Of a stretch of DNA of 61,330 nt, positions 16,092 through 25,070 are shown piece after piece. Source of the stretch: an uncultured Clostridia bacterium (lineage in GTDB: Bacteria > Aerophobota > Aerophobia > Aerophobales > B3-G15); the NCBI GenBank assembly GCA_964482715.1, contig CAYZYX010000004.1, positions 1 to 61,330 on the forward strand. The letters run 5' to 3'. Under the pieces are notes generated by a model. It was given only the letters and a program-made list of their open reading frames with translations, was not told the origin of the DNA and ran no database searches. Every line of letters starts with the position of its first letter. The first letter of the stretch is position 1. A program made the position numbers and the translations under genes.

Positions 16092-18589
16092 CCTGTTACC
16101 TTTTTTATTCTTTCTTTCAGTATTTCCCCATCAAAATTTAGCTCCTGTGCAAGAAGAATGAACATCTCGAGAAGACTCTTTTCCTTCTTATTGGAAAAAA
16201 TATTCATCTTCTGGAGAATCATCTCATTAAAAATCTCCCAGATTTTATTTTGAGTCTCATATGTTCTGAAAAAAACCCCAAGAGAGGTCAGGTATTTTTT
16301 AAATTTTACAATTATTTCAACTCTCCCCGGGTCAAGACCTTTCTCCAGCATCCTCACAAGCTGAATTATCTTTTTTTCTGCAATTTTTGCAAGAGGTAAA
16401 GTATCAAGTTTTAGCCCCACATCATCAGCTATTTCTTTTATGCTCTTTGCTCTTTCCAGATACTCAAAATCTTCATCCACCTCAAATTTTTCAAACTCCT
16501 CAACTATCCTGCTGTTAAGCACGTCGGTTAAGAAAAAAGAAAATTCAGAGGGAATCTGCCAACCAAGACGGACAAATTCCCTTATAAGCTGAATATGCCT
16601 GTCAAAAAGAGTGCTGCTTATTTTCCTTATCTCATCAATCCTCTCTTCCATAAGGTAAGAGAGGATTTTCTCTCTGTCCTCGCCGGGCAAGTCCTTCAAA
16701 GTGAAATATTTCTTAAAAAAGGGGGAAACCACATTTATTATTCCCTGAAAATTAAGATCCACCTCCTCGGAAAAAACTTTTTCTTTAAAAGAAAGATATT
16801 CATCATCATTTAAATTATCAGCAACAAAACAGTAAATTTTATGCTTCCCAAAATTAACAAGAAAAAACACACCCTCTTTTTCCTCCCGGGTTGGAAGGTG
16901 AAAAGTTCCACCCCTTCCTGTTTTAAGAAAAACCCCCGGTATTTCTTTTTCTTCAGTTTGAGCTGTCTTAATGCTATAAGTTGGAAAAAAAACATATTCT
17001 TTTTCTTCAAGAAATGTCTCCAGAATAAGGTGTCTTGCAAAGGCTTTCTGCCAGTCTACCACTGAAGGTCTTACAAGCTTTTCATAAACTCCCTTTCCAT
17101 CCTTAAATTCTTCAATATTACTTTTTGCTTCAGATAACCTTATTAAAAAATCCTCCTCAAGTTCCCTACCCGTAAGATCTTTTACATATTGAATAGCCGA
17201 GCCAGCATATCTCAGATTTTGAACTGTCTGAATTTCCGAAATCTCATCAAAAAACCATCCACAGCTTGTAAACATAAGCATACCAAATTTTTGCATCTCA
17301 AGGAGTTTAAGTGCTTTTGTTTTCTTAAAAGGGTCATCTTTACTCTTAAGATGAGAACTCAAAAATCTCTCCACGTTCCCTGGAGAAGGATCAACTATCA
17401 CCTCTATATAGTCATCTCTTGCCTGCCAGGAGTCTTTAAAAACATCTGCACCTTCTCTTTCAAAAATACTGTCAAGTTCACCTTTAAGCCAGTTCAGGGT
17501 ATCTCTTAAGGGTTTTCGCCATTTTTGATTCCAATCAGGATGTGCGCCAGTGTTGCACCCACAATCTTCCTTCCACCTTCCCAATCCATGAACACAACTC
17601 CAGGAGGTTCCCTCTTTTATCTCTACCTCATAAGTGGGAGGATTGTTTTTTAAATACCAGGAATAATTTACAGGTTTAATACCTCTTCTGGCAAGTTCGT
17701 ATTTTACAAGATAAGCAATACACATCTCGCTGAAAGGATGATGGTGTCCAAATGTCTCTCCATCTGTTGCAATGCTGACAAGATAGGGAGAGTATTTTCT
17801 TTCCTTGATGACTTCCTCGATCTTGTTGGCACAAGAAATAGAATCCTTTAAAAGTTTCTCAAAGGAAATTGCATGTGAAAGAGAATGGTGAAAGAAAAAG
17901 ACATCTATGAATTTTTCCTTTATTTTACTTCCTTTCTCATTTTTTAAAAAAAGCCTGTAGGGCATTCCTGTATCTATATTTCCATCTGAAACATCCACCC
18001 AGGAAGACTCGTCAGCATCAATTGGTTTTATTCTTTTTGCCTGCAGAGGGGACAAAATAACAAATTTCATACCACACTCAATTAAAACCCGAGCTGTGGG
18101 ATAGTCTATTGCAGTCTCAGGAAGCCACATCGCCTCGGGCAGACGTCCAAATTTTTTTTCAAAAAATCTTATCCCCCACCTTACCTGAGTAAACCTGTCT
18201 TTTTCTTCTGCAAGAGGCATTATCATATGATTATACACCTGAGCAATAGCATTTCCACAACGATCATTTTTTTCAAGACTCTCCCTGTCTGCCTGAAGAA
18301 CCCTTTCTATCACAGAAGGAAAATTCTTCTCCAGCCAGGAAAAAAGTGTGGGCCCAAAATTAAAGTTGATGTAGGAATAGTTATTTATAATATCAACAAT
18401 TTTGTTTTTCTCATTTAAAACTCTTGCCCAGGCATTAGGAATATAGCACTGGTAGGTTATAAGTTCATTCCAGTTGTGGTAGGGAAATGTCTCTTTTTGT
18501 CTTTCTACAAGTTCTGTCCAGGGATTTTCCCTTGGCGGCTGGTAAAAATGCCCATGAATTACAATATAAGATGAAGTTTCCTGATTCAT
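16088..18589 (-). CDS. GH57-family DUF3536 glycoside hydrolase
   Basis: 'IHGHFYQPPRENPW', 'FNFGPTL', 'AMWLPETA', 'ATDGETFGHH', 'SWSCVHGLGRW..DCGC', 'MFTSCGWFFD'. Confidence 0.92.
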   Translation of the reverse strand: MNQETSSYIVIHGHFYQPPRENPWTELVERQKETFPYHNWNELITYQCYIPNAWARVLNEKNKIVDIINNYSYINFNFGPTLFSWLEKNFPSVIERVLQADRESLEKNDRCGNAIAQVYNHMIMPLAEEKDRFTQVRWGIRFFEKKFGRLPEAMWLPETAIDYPTARVLIECGMKFVILSPLQAKRIKPIDADESSWVDVSDGNIDTGMPYRLFLKNEKGSKIKEKFIDVFFFHHSLSHAISFEKLLKDSISCANKIEEVIKERKYSPYLVSIATDGETFGHHHPFSEMCIAYLVKYELARRGIKPVNYSWYLKNNPPTYEVEIKEGTSWSCVHGLGRWKEDCGCNTGAHPDWNQKWRKPLRDTLNWLKGELDSIFEREGADVFKDSWQARDDYIEVIVDPSPGNVERFLSSHLKSKDDPFKKTKALKLLEMQKFGMLMFTSCGWFFDEISEIQTVQNLRYAGSAIQYVKDLTGRELEEDFLIRLSEAKSNIEEFKDGKGVYEKLVRPSVVDWQKAFARHLILETFLEEKEYVFFPTYSIKTAQTEEKEIPGVFLKTGRGGTFHLPTREEKEGVFFLVNFGKHKIYCFVADNLNDDEYLSFKEKVFSEEVDLNFQGIINVVSPFFKKYFTLKDLPGEDREKILSYLMEERIDEIRKISSTLFDRHIQLIREFVRLGWQIPSEFSFFLTDVLNSRIVEEFEKFEVDEDFEYLERAKSIKEIADDVGLKLDTLPLAKIAEKKIIQLVRMLEKGLDPGRVEIIVKFKKYLTSLGVFFRTYETQNKIWEIFNEMILQKMNIFSNKKEKSLLEMFILLAQELNFDGEILKERIKKVTG

Positions 18590-18739
18590 ATTTTATTTTC
18601 TTTTANNNNNNNNNNNNNNNNNNNNNNNNNNNNNNNNNNNNNNNNNNNNNNNNNNNNNNNNNNNNNNNNNNNNNNNNNNNNNNNNNNNNNNNNNNNNNNN
18701 NNNNNAAAAAACGCTTTCTAATTATATCAGTTTTTTTTC

Positions 18740-20245
18740 TTACTTCAAACATCTTCCGTATATTCTGGTAAGTCCCCTGAGGTGAAAACTAACCTCATCT
18801 TTCATCTGCTCAAGTGAAAGTCGCCACTCCCAGTTTCCCTTTGAGGTTGAGGGAGTATTCATTCTTGCTTTACTTCCAAGACCAAGGACATCCTGCATGG
18901 GTAAAATGGAAAGGTCTGCAACGGACATCATGGCAAGACGTATAAACTCTTTTGAAACTTCTCCTGGGGAAATTTCTCTTCCGATATAATGGAAAAGCCT
19001 TTCTTTTTCCTCAGAGGATGCCTCCTCTTCAAACCACCCCCTTGCAGTATTGGTATCGTGAGTCCCCGTGTAAACCACACAATTTCTCACATAGTTGTGA
19101 GGAGCATAGGGGTGTCTTGCGGTATCCTCTCCAAAGGCAAAAAGAAGAATTTTCATTCCCGGTATATTGAATTTCTGCATGATATACTCCACATCAGGTG
19201 TAATAAATCCGAGGTCCTCGGCAATAAAGGGAAGATGGGGAAATTCTTTAGAAATAGTTTTAAAGAAATCCTCTGCTGGGACTTCAATCCACCTTCCTGC
19301 CATGGCTGTCTTTTCTCCTGCAGGGACTTCCCAGAAGCTCACAAATCCACGAAAATGGTCAATTCTTACAATATCAAACAAGCAGAGACTGTGCCTGATC
19401 CTGTTTATCCACCATCTGTATTTTTGTTCCTTCAATACATCCCATTTATAAACAGGGTTTCCCCACAATTGTCCTGTGTTGCTGAAATAATCAGGAGGAA
19501 CACCCGCCACAAAAACAGGTCTTTTTTCCTTATCCAGTTTAAAAATTTCCGGATTTGCCCACACATCAACACTATCACATGTTGGATATATGGGAAGATC
19601 CCCAATTATACGTATTCTTTTCAGACTGCAGTATTTTTTTAAAGAAAACCACTGCTTGAAAAAAAGAAATTGAAAAAATTTTTCTCTCTGAATATCCTGA
19701 TCAAGCTTATTTTTTAGGAAATTAAGAGCACAAGGTTCTCTATCCCGAAATTCAGAAGGCCACTTATTCCAGGAAGCTTTATTAAAATAACTTTTTAGAG
19801 CTATAAACAGGGAAAAATCATCAAGCCAGGATGCATTTTTCTGGCAGAATTTTCCAAATTCATCTTTTGCCTGTTTTTTTCTTTTAAAATTTTCCCATGC
19901 TTCATTCAGAAGCCTTCTTTTATAAGAAAAAGCGAGAGGATAGTTACATTTTTCTTTCGGGAAAGGGGGAAGGGAAGCCACATCTTTTTCCAGTAGAAGC
20001 CCCTCCTTAACAAGAATGGAAGGGCTTATAAATAAGGGATTACCAGCAAAAAGAGAGAAACTGCTGTAGGGAGAGTTGCCAAAGAGAAGATCGGTAGGAG
20101 AAAAAGGAAGGACCTGCCAGAAACTCTGTTTGCTCTCAGCAAGAAAATCGATAAACCTGTAGGCCCCAGGACCAAAATCTCCTATTTCAAAAGGAGAGGG
20201 AAGAGAAGTTATATGAAGGAGTATCCCGCTTGCCCTTTTTCTCAT
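18740..20245 (-). CDS. malQ: 4-alpha-glucanotransferase (GH77)
   Basis: 'SGILLHITSLP', 'GVPPDYFS.TGQLWGNP', 'RIDHFRGF', 'IAEDLG', 'YTGTHD'; ATG 20245 with SD GGGAGA. Confidence 0.95.
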   Translation of the reverse strand: MRKRASGILLHITSLPSPFEIGDFGPGAYRFIDFLAESKQSFWQVLPFSPTDLLFGNSPYSSFSLFAGNPLFISPSILVKEGLLLEKDVASLPPFPKEKCNYPLAFSYKRRLLNEAWENFKRKKQAKDEFGKFCQKNASWLDDFSLFIALKSYFNKASWNKWPSEFRDREPCALNFLKNKLDQDIQREKFFQFLFFKQWFSLKKYCSLKRIRIIGDLPIYPTCDSVDVWANPEIFKLDKEKRPVFVAGVPPDYFSNTGQLWGNPVYKWDVLKEQKYRWWINRIRHSLCLFDIVRIDHFRGFVSFWEVPAGEKTAMAGRWIEVPAEDFFKTISKEFPHLPFIAEDLGFITPDVEYIMQKFNIPGMKILLFAFGEDTARHPYAPHNYVRNCVVYTGTHDTNTARGWFEEEASSEEKERLFHYIGREISPGEVSKEFIRLAMMSVADLSILPMQDVLGLGSKARMNTPSTSKGNWEWRLSLEQMKDEVSFHLRGLTRIYGRCLK

Positions 20246-20249
20246 TTTT

Positions 20250-20330
20250 CTCCCTTTCAAGCATAATCTTCGCTTCTTCAAGAGTCTCTCTGGCTCTTTG
20301 TCTTCTATAGTTGATAATCTCCTTTCTCAT
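20250..20330 (-). pseudogene. HEPN-domain protein N-terminal fragment
   Basis: 'MRKEIINYRRQRARETLEEAKIMLE' begins at an ATGA overlap with the MNT stop and is cut off at the malQ RBS. Confidence 0.55.
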
Positions 20331-20674
20331 CTTAAAATTATCCCTTCCCTGTCAATATTCCAGTGTATAGGCATTGCCTTTGCCAGAGAAGAATTCCAGA
20401 AAGTTCTGGATTCAACAAGAATCCCAAACACAACGTCGTATTTTAGTTCAATCTCAAAACTTAAGGCAAAAATATCCTCCCCCAATCTATCATCCACATC
20501 TCTGTTTAATAAAATAAGAACATCAATATCAGATTCCTCGCCAGCATCTCCTCTTGCTTTTGAACCATAAAGAATAATTTCTACATCAGAAAACCTTTCG
20601 GTTATCTTTTTTTAGCTCATCCAGTGCTTTTTTTCATTTTCCTTAAGATTTAACTTCTTCTTTAACGACTTCAT
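20327..20674 (-). pseudogene. Minimal nucleotidyltransferase (MNT) pseudogene
   Basis: 'IILYGSKARGDAGEESDIDVLIL...NIDREGIILR'; an early in-frame TAA between two A7 runs; not in the ORF track. Confidence 0.75.
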
Positions 20675-20826
20675 TTTTTCCTTCCATTAAATAAACCCTA
20701 TTTTTAAATTCTTTCCACGAGAGTGTTAAAAAGCCGTGGTGAGTGTCATGAGTAATTATAAAGGTAAACTACGAGAAAGTCAAAGAAATAGGAGCGATAA
20801 GATAACAGGAAAAAATACGCAGACTG

Positions 20827-20854
20827 TTGACATTTGAGTATATAGACTTATAAT
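20827..20854 (+). promoter_or_regulatory. sigma70 promoter of the SAP-glgB unit
   Basis: TTGACA-16 nt-TATAAT. Confidence 0.7.
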
Positions 20855-20874
20855 TTCCCCAAAGGTGGAAATTA

Positions 20875-21057
20875 ATGAACATCGCAAAAATAAGAAAAAT
20901 GGCAAAAAACATGGGAATAAATACCTACCGGAAGAAGAAACAGGAGATAATCCATCTTATCCAGACAAAGGAAGGAAATTTCCCCTGCTTTGGAACAGCA
21001 AAAGATTTCTGTAATAGGTTTGACTGTTTGTGGCGGGAAGACTGCCTGAAAAAATAA
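20875..21057 (+). CDS. Small SAP/Rho-N-like protein with four C-terminal cysteines
   Basis: 'IRKMAK.MGI...KKK.EIIHLIQ..EGN.PCFGT...C....CLWREDC'; 3 nt before glgB. Confidence 0.75.
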   Translation: MNIAKIRKMAKNMGINTYRKKKQEIIHLIQTKEGNFPCFGTAKDFCNRFDCLWREDCLKK

Positions 21058-21060
21058 AAA

Positions 21061-23079
21061 ATGTCCCGGCAGAAAAATAAAAATCCCCAGAATTCCTCCT
21101 CTATCTCGCCCTTCCTGAGTGACTTTGAGCTTTACCTTTTTGGGAAAGGGGATTATCACAGAGTTTATGAAAAAATGGGAGCCCACCTGAGAGAGGTAAA
21201 GGGCAAAGTTGGTGTAAATTTTGCTGTCTGGGCTCCAAATGCAAAAAAAGTAAGTGTGGTAGGTGACTTCAATGAATGGGACAGTAATGCCCATCCAATG
21301 ACACCCAGGAAAAACTCAGGTGTATGGGAGATATTTATACCCGGAGTAAAAAAAGGTTCTCTTTATAAATACCACATCCTCACCTGTGAAGGTGATATAA
21401 AAATTAAAGCAGATCCCTGTGCTTTTTTCTGCGAATCTCCCCCCAGAACAGCCTCCATCGTATGGGAAATTGACAGCTATAAATGGAAGGACAGAGACTG
21501 GATGGAGAAAAGGAGACACCAAAATCCACTTGAGATGCCACTTTCTATATACGAGGTTCACACTGGATCCTGGATGAGAATACCGGAGGAGAAAAACAGA
21601 GTTTTAACCTATACAGAACTTGCTGAAAAACTTATTCCTTATGTAAAGGAAATGGGATTTACTCATATTGAACTTCTGCCCATAATGGCACATCCCTATG
21701 ATGCTTCCTGGGGATATCAGGTTACAGGATATTATTCGCCTACTCCAGGGCATGGAACTCCACAGCAACTTATGGAATTTATTGATACTTGTCACCAAAA
21801 TGAAATTGGAGTAATCCTTGATTGGGTTCCAGGTCATTTCCCCAAAGATGACTTTGCACTTGCAAGATTTGACGGAACCTGTCTTTATGAACATCTTGAC
21901 CCAAGAAAGGCGGAACACAAAGACTGGGGCACTCTTATCTTTAACCATGGGAGGTGTGAGGTTGCCAATTTTCTTCTTGGTAGTGCTCTTTTCTGGCTGG
22001 AAAAATACCATGCTGATGGTCTGAGGGTGGATGCCGTTGCCTCCATGCTTTATCTTGACTTTTCCAGAAAAGAGGGTGAATGGGTGCCAAACAAATTTGG
22101 AGGAAGAGAAAATCTTGAGGCAATTGATTTTTTAAAAAAATTAAATACCCTCACCCACCACTATTTTCCAGGAGTCCTGATGATTGCTGAGGAATCAACT
22201 GCCTGGCCTGGTGTTACAAAACCAGCTCATCTTGGAGGACTTGGATTTGGATTTAAATGGAATATGGGATGGATGCATGATACCCTTTGCTACATGTCCA
22301 AAGACCCGATTTACCGAAAATACTGTCATGACAACCTGACCTTTAGTCTCCTTTACGCCTTCCAGGAAAACTTTATCCTTCCTTTATCTCATGATGAGGT
22401 TGTCCATGGAAAAGGCTCGCTCATTGCTAAAATGCCAGGAGATGTTTGGCAGAAATTTGCTAATTTGAGACTCCTTTTTGGTTTAATGTATGCACATCCT
22501 GGGAAAAAACTTCTCTTTATGGGTCAGGAAATAGCTCAGTGGAGAGAATGGGATTACAAAAGTAGCCTTGACTGGCATCTTCTTAACCATGAACTTCACA
22601 AAAAGCTGCAAAAATTTGTAAAAGACCTCAATACCCTTTACAAAAAAGAGCCCTCTTTGTATCTTGTTGATTTTCAACCTGATGGCTTTGAATGGATAGA
22701 TTTTCATGATGTTGAAAAAAGCATAATCTCTTTTATAAGAAAGGAAAAAGATGTCCGGGATCTTCTAATTTTTGTTTTTAATTTCACACCTGTTCCAAGG
22801 GAAAACTATAAAGTAGGAGTGCCTTTTGGGGGATTTTACAGGGAGATATTAAACAGCGATTCACGAATTTACGGTGGGTCAAATACTGGAAATATGGGAG
22901 GAGTATTTGCAGAAAATCTCCCTTTTCATGGAAGACTTTTCTCTCTCACCTTAACCCTTCCTCCCCTTGGAATGGTAGTCCTGAAACCAGAAGAAGAAAA
23001 TCTTCAACGGAAAGATGAAGGTAGAAAAAATGAACCTTGCCCATGTTTGCCACCTGATTCCGGAAACCCGCGTGAATAA
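21061..23079 (+). CDS. glgB: 1,4-alpha-glucan branching enzyme (GH13)
   Basis: 'FAVWAPNA', 'IYEVHTGSW', '[10 protein letters not shown]', '[12 protein letters not shown]', 'IAEESTAWP', '[12 protein letters not shown]'. Confidence 0.97.
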   Translation: MSRQKNKNPQNSSSISPFLSDFELYLFGKGDYHRVYEKMGAHLREVKGKVGVNFAVWAPNAKKVSVVGDFNEWDSNAHPMTPRKNSGVWEIFIPGVKKGSLYKYHILTCEGDIKIKADPCAFFCESPPRTASIVWEIDSYKWKDRDWMEKRRHQNPLEMPLSIYEVHTGSWMRIPEEKNRVLTYTELAEKLIPYVKEMGFTHIELLPIMAHPYDASWGYQVTGYYSPTPGHGTPQQLMEFIDTCHQNEIGVILDWVPGHFPKDDFALARFDGTCLYEHLDPRKAEHKDWGTLIFNHGRCEVANFLLGSALFWLEKYHADGLRVDAVASMLYLDFSRKEGEWVPNKFGGRENLEAIDFLKKLNTLTHHYFPGVLMIAEESTAWPGVTKPAHLGGLGFGFKWNMGWMHDTLCYMSKDPIYRKYCHDNLTFSLLYAFQENFILPLSHDEVVHGKGSLIAKMPGDVWQKFANLRLLFGLMYAHPGKKLLFMGQEIAQWREWDYKSSLDWHLLNHELHKKLQKFVKDLNTLYKKEPSLYLVDFQPDGFEWIDFHDVEKSIISFIRKEKDVRDLLIFVFNFTPVPRENYKVGVPFGGFYREILNSDSRIYGGSNTGNMGGVFAENLPFHGRLFSLTLTLPPLGMVVLKPEEENLQRKDEGRKNEPCPCLPPDSGNPRE

Positions 23080-23136
23080 AGGATAAAATTTTTATCTGGC
23101 ACTACAAAATGCCAAAAGCCGCTTCAATTCTTTATT

Positions 23137-23391
23137 TCAGGGATTAAGATCCTTTATCTCAAGAGCCTCTTTGTAGCTTTGCATGGCTTTAGCTCGCACT
23201 ATTTCCTCATATTCTTTTCTTTCTCTGGATTCTACCACAAAAACTCTTTTTCCATCATCTGTTAAAGTTTCCTGGAACCGGGTATTATCATCTATTCTCT
23301 GCCAGGTATCTTTTAACTTTTCAAAATACTTTTCTGTTTTCTTTGATCTTCTTCGGGGATGCCCCAGTCCTTCCGGTAGGGAGAATGTCAC
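23137..23391 (-). CDS. Hypothetical protein, probably the 3' fragment of a longer gene
   Basis: Protein-like charged composition; the frame stays open upstream of the GTG with no clear start. Confidence 0.35.
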   Translation of the reverse strand: MTFSLPEGLGHPRRRSKKTEKYFEKLKDTWQRIDDNTRFQETLTDDGKRVFVVESRERKEYEEIVRAKAMQSYKEALEIKDLNP

Positions 23392-23516
23392 ATAGGTAAT
23401 AAGGAAACTATTCTCCTTATCGCACTCAAAATGAAGTTTTAACCGGTATCTTCTTGAAAATGCAAGATAAATTAAGAATAATATAGAACAAATAACTATT
23501 ATAAGGAGATAACAAA

Positions 23517-23732
23517 ATGATCAAAAAGAAAACTGCTATCTTTGGACATTTCTGTATTATATTAGGCTGCTATTTGGTAACTTGGGGAATTTATCTATTA
23601 CCAGTAAGTAAGCCAACTTTTGTGGGGATTTTGACAGGGCCCTTATTCTGGGGATTGTTTTCAATATTTGGAGGTATCTGTGCCAATGTGCATTCCTATT
23701 GTAAATGTATTCAAGGGCAAAGATGTAGTTGA
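23517..23732 (+). CDS. Small two-helix membrane protein with Cys-rich tail
   Basis: SD TAAGGAG; two hydrophobic segments; 'C..H..C.C' ending. Confidence 0.6.
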   Translation: MIKKKTAIFGHFCIILGCYLVTWGIYLLPVSKPTFVGILTGPLFWGLFSIFGGICANVHSYCKCIQGQRCS

Positions 23733-23798
23733 GGCTTTGTGGCGAGAGCTTTAGATTTAGAAGAAGACTTACTCTGATAGTCTTCTTTGAACATCCTG

Positions 23799-24300
23799 TC
23801 ATACTTTTACGGGAACACTTAAAAAAACCTCCACCACCCCTGGATCAAACTGAGTGCCAGAGCATCTTTTTATTTCCTTTCTTGCCTCCCCAAGGGATAT
23901 TTTCTTTCTGTAGGGGCGGTTAGTTGTCATGGCATCAGAGGCATCTGCAACCTGGAAAATTCTTGCCGAAAGAGAAATCTTATTACCTGAAAGACCAAAA
24001 GGATAGCCTTTTCCATGCACGCATCTTATTTCTCCCTCTTTATGTCCGAAGTATCGTTGCATCTTTTAAAATTGTCTATATCAAGGTAAAGAAGCGAAAA
24101 AACCTCTTTGTATCTTTTAAACCCTTTAGAATTTTTTCTGCAAGCTGCTTTACAGTTTTAGACCTGTTGATTGCCCTTCCAAGTAACCTGTAGAATTTAT
24201 CAAGTTTTTCACTTTCCTCTTGCCCGGTTATATCTTTGGTCATGGAAATAACAATTTGGTTTTCTCCTTCATCCCGTAAACAACAAAACGGTCTTGTCAT
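23799..24300 (-). pseudogene. Collapsed sensor/GGDEF/HD-GYP c-di-GMP enzyme remnant
   Basis: Successive frames give a PAS-C-like 'KDIT', GGDEF start 'SLLYLDIDNFKRCNDT/FGHKEGE', and HD-GYP end 'GKGYPFGLSG..I.L.ARI.QVADA.DAMTTNRPYRK...SGTQFDP.VV..FL'. Confidence 0.75.
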
Positions 24301-24477
24301 TTGATGAATGAGGATCTCTGGTGTATTCTTCTTAGAGTTTTAGGGCCATAAGTCAATGCAAATTTTTTATCATTTGAGTATTAACTAAAAGCAAGAAATT
24401 TTATTTTTCAATTATTAGAGTCTCAAAGTCAGCTGTCAAGAAGCAATCTTTTTACACAGAAATTATAGGACATAATC

Positions 24478-24893
24478 GAAAATATTGACTTTAGGCAGAA
24501 ACTTATATATATTATGAATAGCAAAAGCAAAGAAAAACGGGAAATACCAATGAATGATTTGGTAGTTAGGCTATTGGCGAAGCAGAGGCAAAAAAAGCAG
24601 GAGGAGTATGTATTCTGCGGAAAAACGGTTCCCCTCTTAAAAGCATCCAGACAGGATTTAAAGCTGCCTGCAGAAAAGCAGGCATAGAAAACTTCAGGTT
24701 TCACGACTTAAGGCACACTTTTGCTTCGCACCTTGTTATGAATGGGATAGACCTGAGGACGGTCCAGGGGCTTATGGGACACAAATCGTTCAACATGTCC
24801 TTGAGGTGCACGACCTTTCTCCTGATCATAAAAGAAGTGCGGTGAGCCTTCTGGGTGAAAAAATGCAGAAGGTAGTCACAATTTGGTCACAAT
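24478..24893 (+). pseudogene. Tyrosine integrase C-terminal remnant
   Basis: 'ENIDF....I...SKSKEKREIPMN', frameshift, 'FKAACRKAGIENFRFHDLRHTFASHLVMNGIDLRTVQGLMGHKS'; the catalytic Tyr region is disrupted. Confidence 0.85.
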
Positions 24894-24965
24894 ACCGGGA
24901 ATGAGAAGCCAACATTTATTTTCAAGAACTGCTGTAAGAATAGAAAAAGTACCCGGGAAACTATT

Positions 24966-25040
24966 TGGGGCGTGGCGAAGCGGTAACGCAGCGGACTTTG
25001 GATCCGCCATTCGGAGGTTCGAATCCTCCCGCCCCAACCA
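24966..25040 (+). tRNA. tRNA-Gln(UUG)
   Basis: Acceptor stem TGGGGCG/CGCCCCA, anticodon stem GCGGA-CTTTGGA-TCCGC, T-arm GGAGG-TTCGAAT-CCTCC, encoded CCA. Confidence 0.96.
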
Positions 25041-25070
25041 CTTCCCCGCTAATTTGAAGAAAAGAGGATA

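Larger units (their letters stand above)
12988..25000. mobile_element. Putative decayed genomic island integrated at tRNA-Gln, carrying glycogen genes
   Basis: Flanked by direct copies of the tRNA 5' half; integrase remnant at the right end; many pseudogenes inside; contains one N-gap. Confidence 0.6.

Noticed and set aside
15898-16161. 87-aa plus-strand ORF
   Set aside because: Antisense to the galT remnant and the GH57 3' end.
1548-18705. Three 100-N runs as biological features or true distances
   Set aside because: Scaffold placeholders of unknown length; they only limit confidence in adjacency across them.
20298-20570. 90-aa plus-strand ORF
   Set aside because: Antisense shadow of the minus-strand MNT pseudogene.
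23016-23087. Possible remnant of a gene start overlapping the glgB tail ('[14 protein letters not shown]')
   Set aside because: Too short and weak to assign.
24429-24704. 91-aa minus-strand ORF
   Set aside because: Antisense shadow of the integrase remnant.
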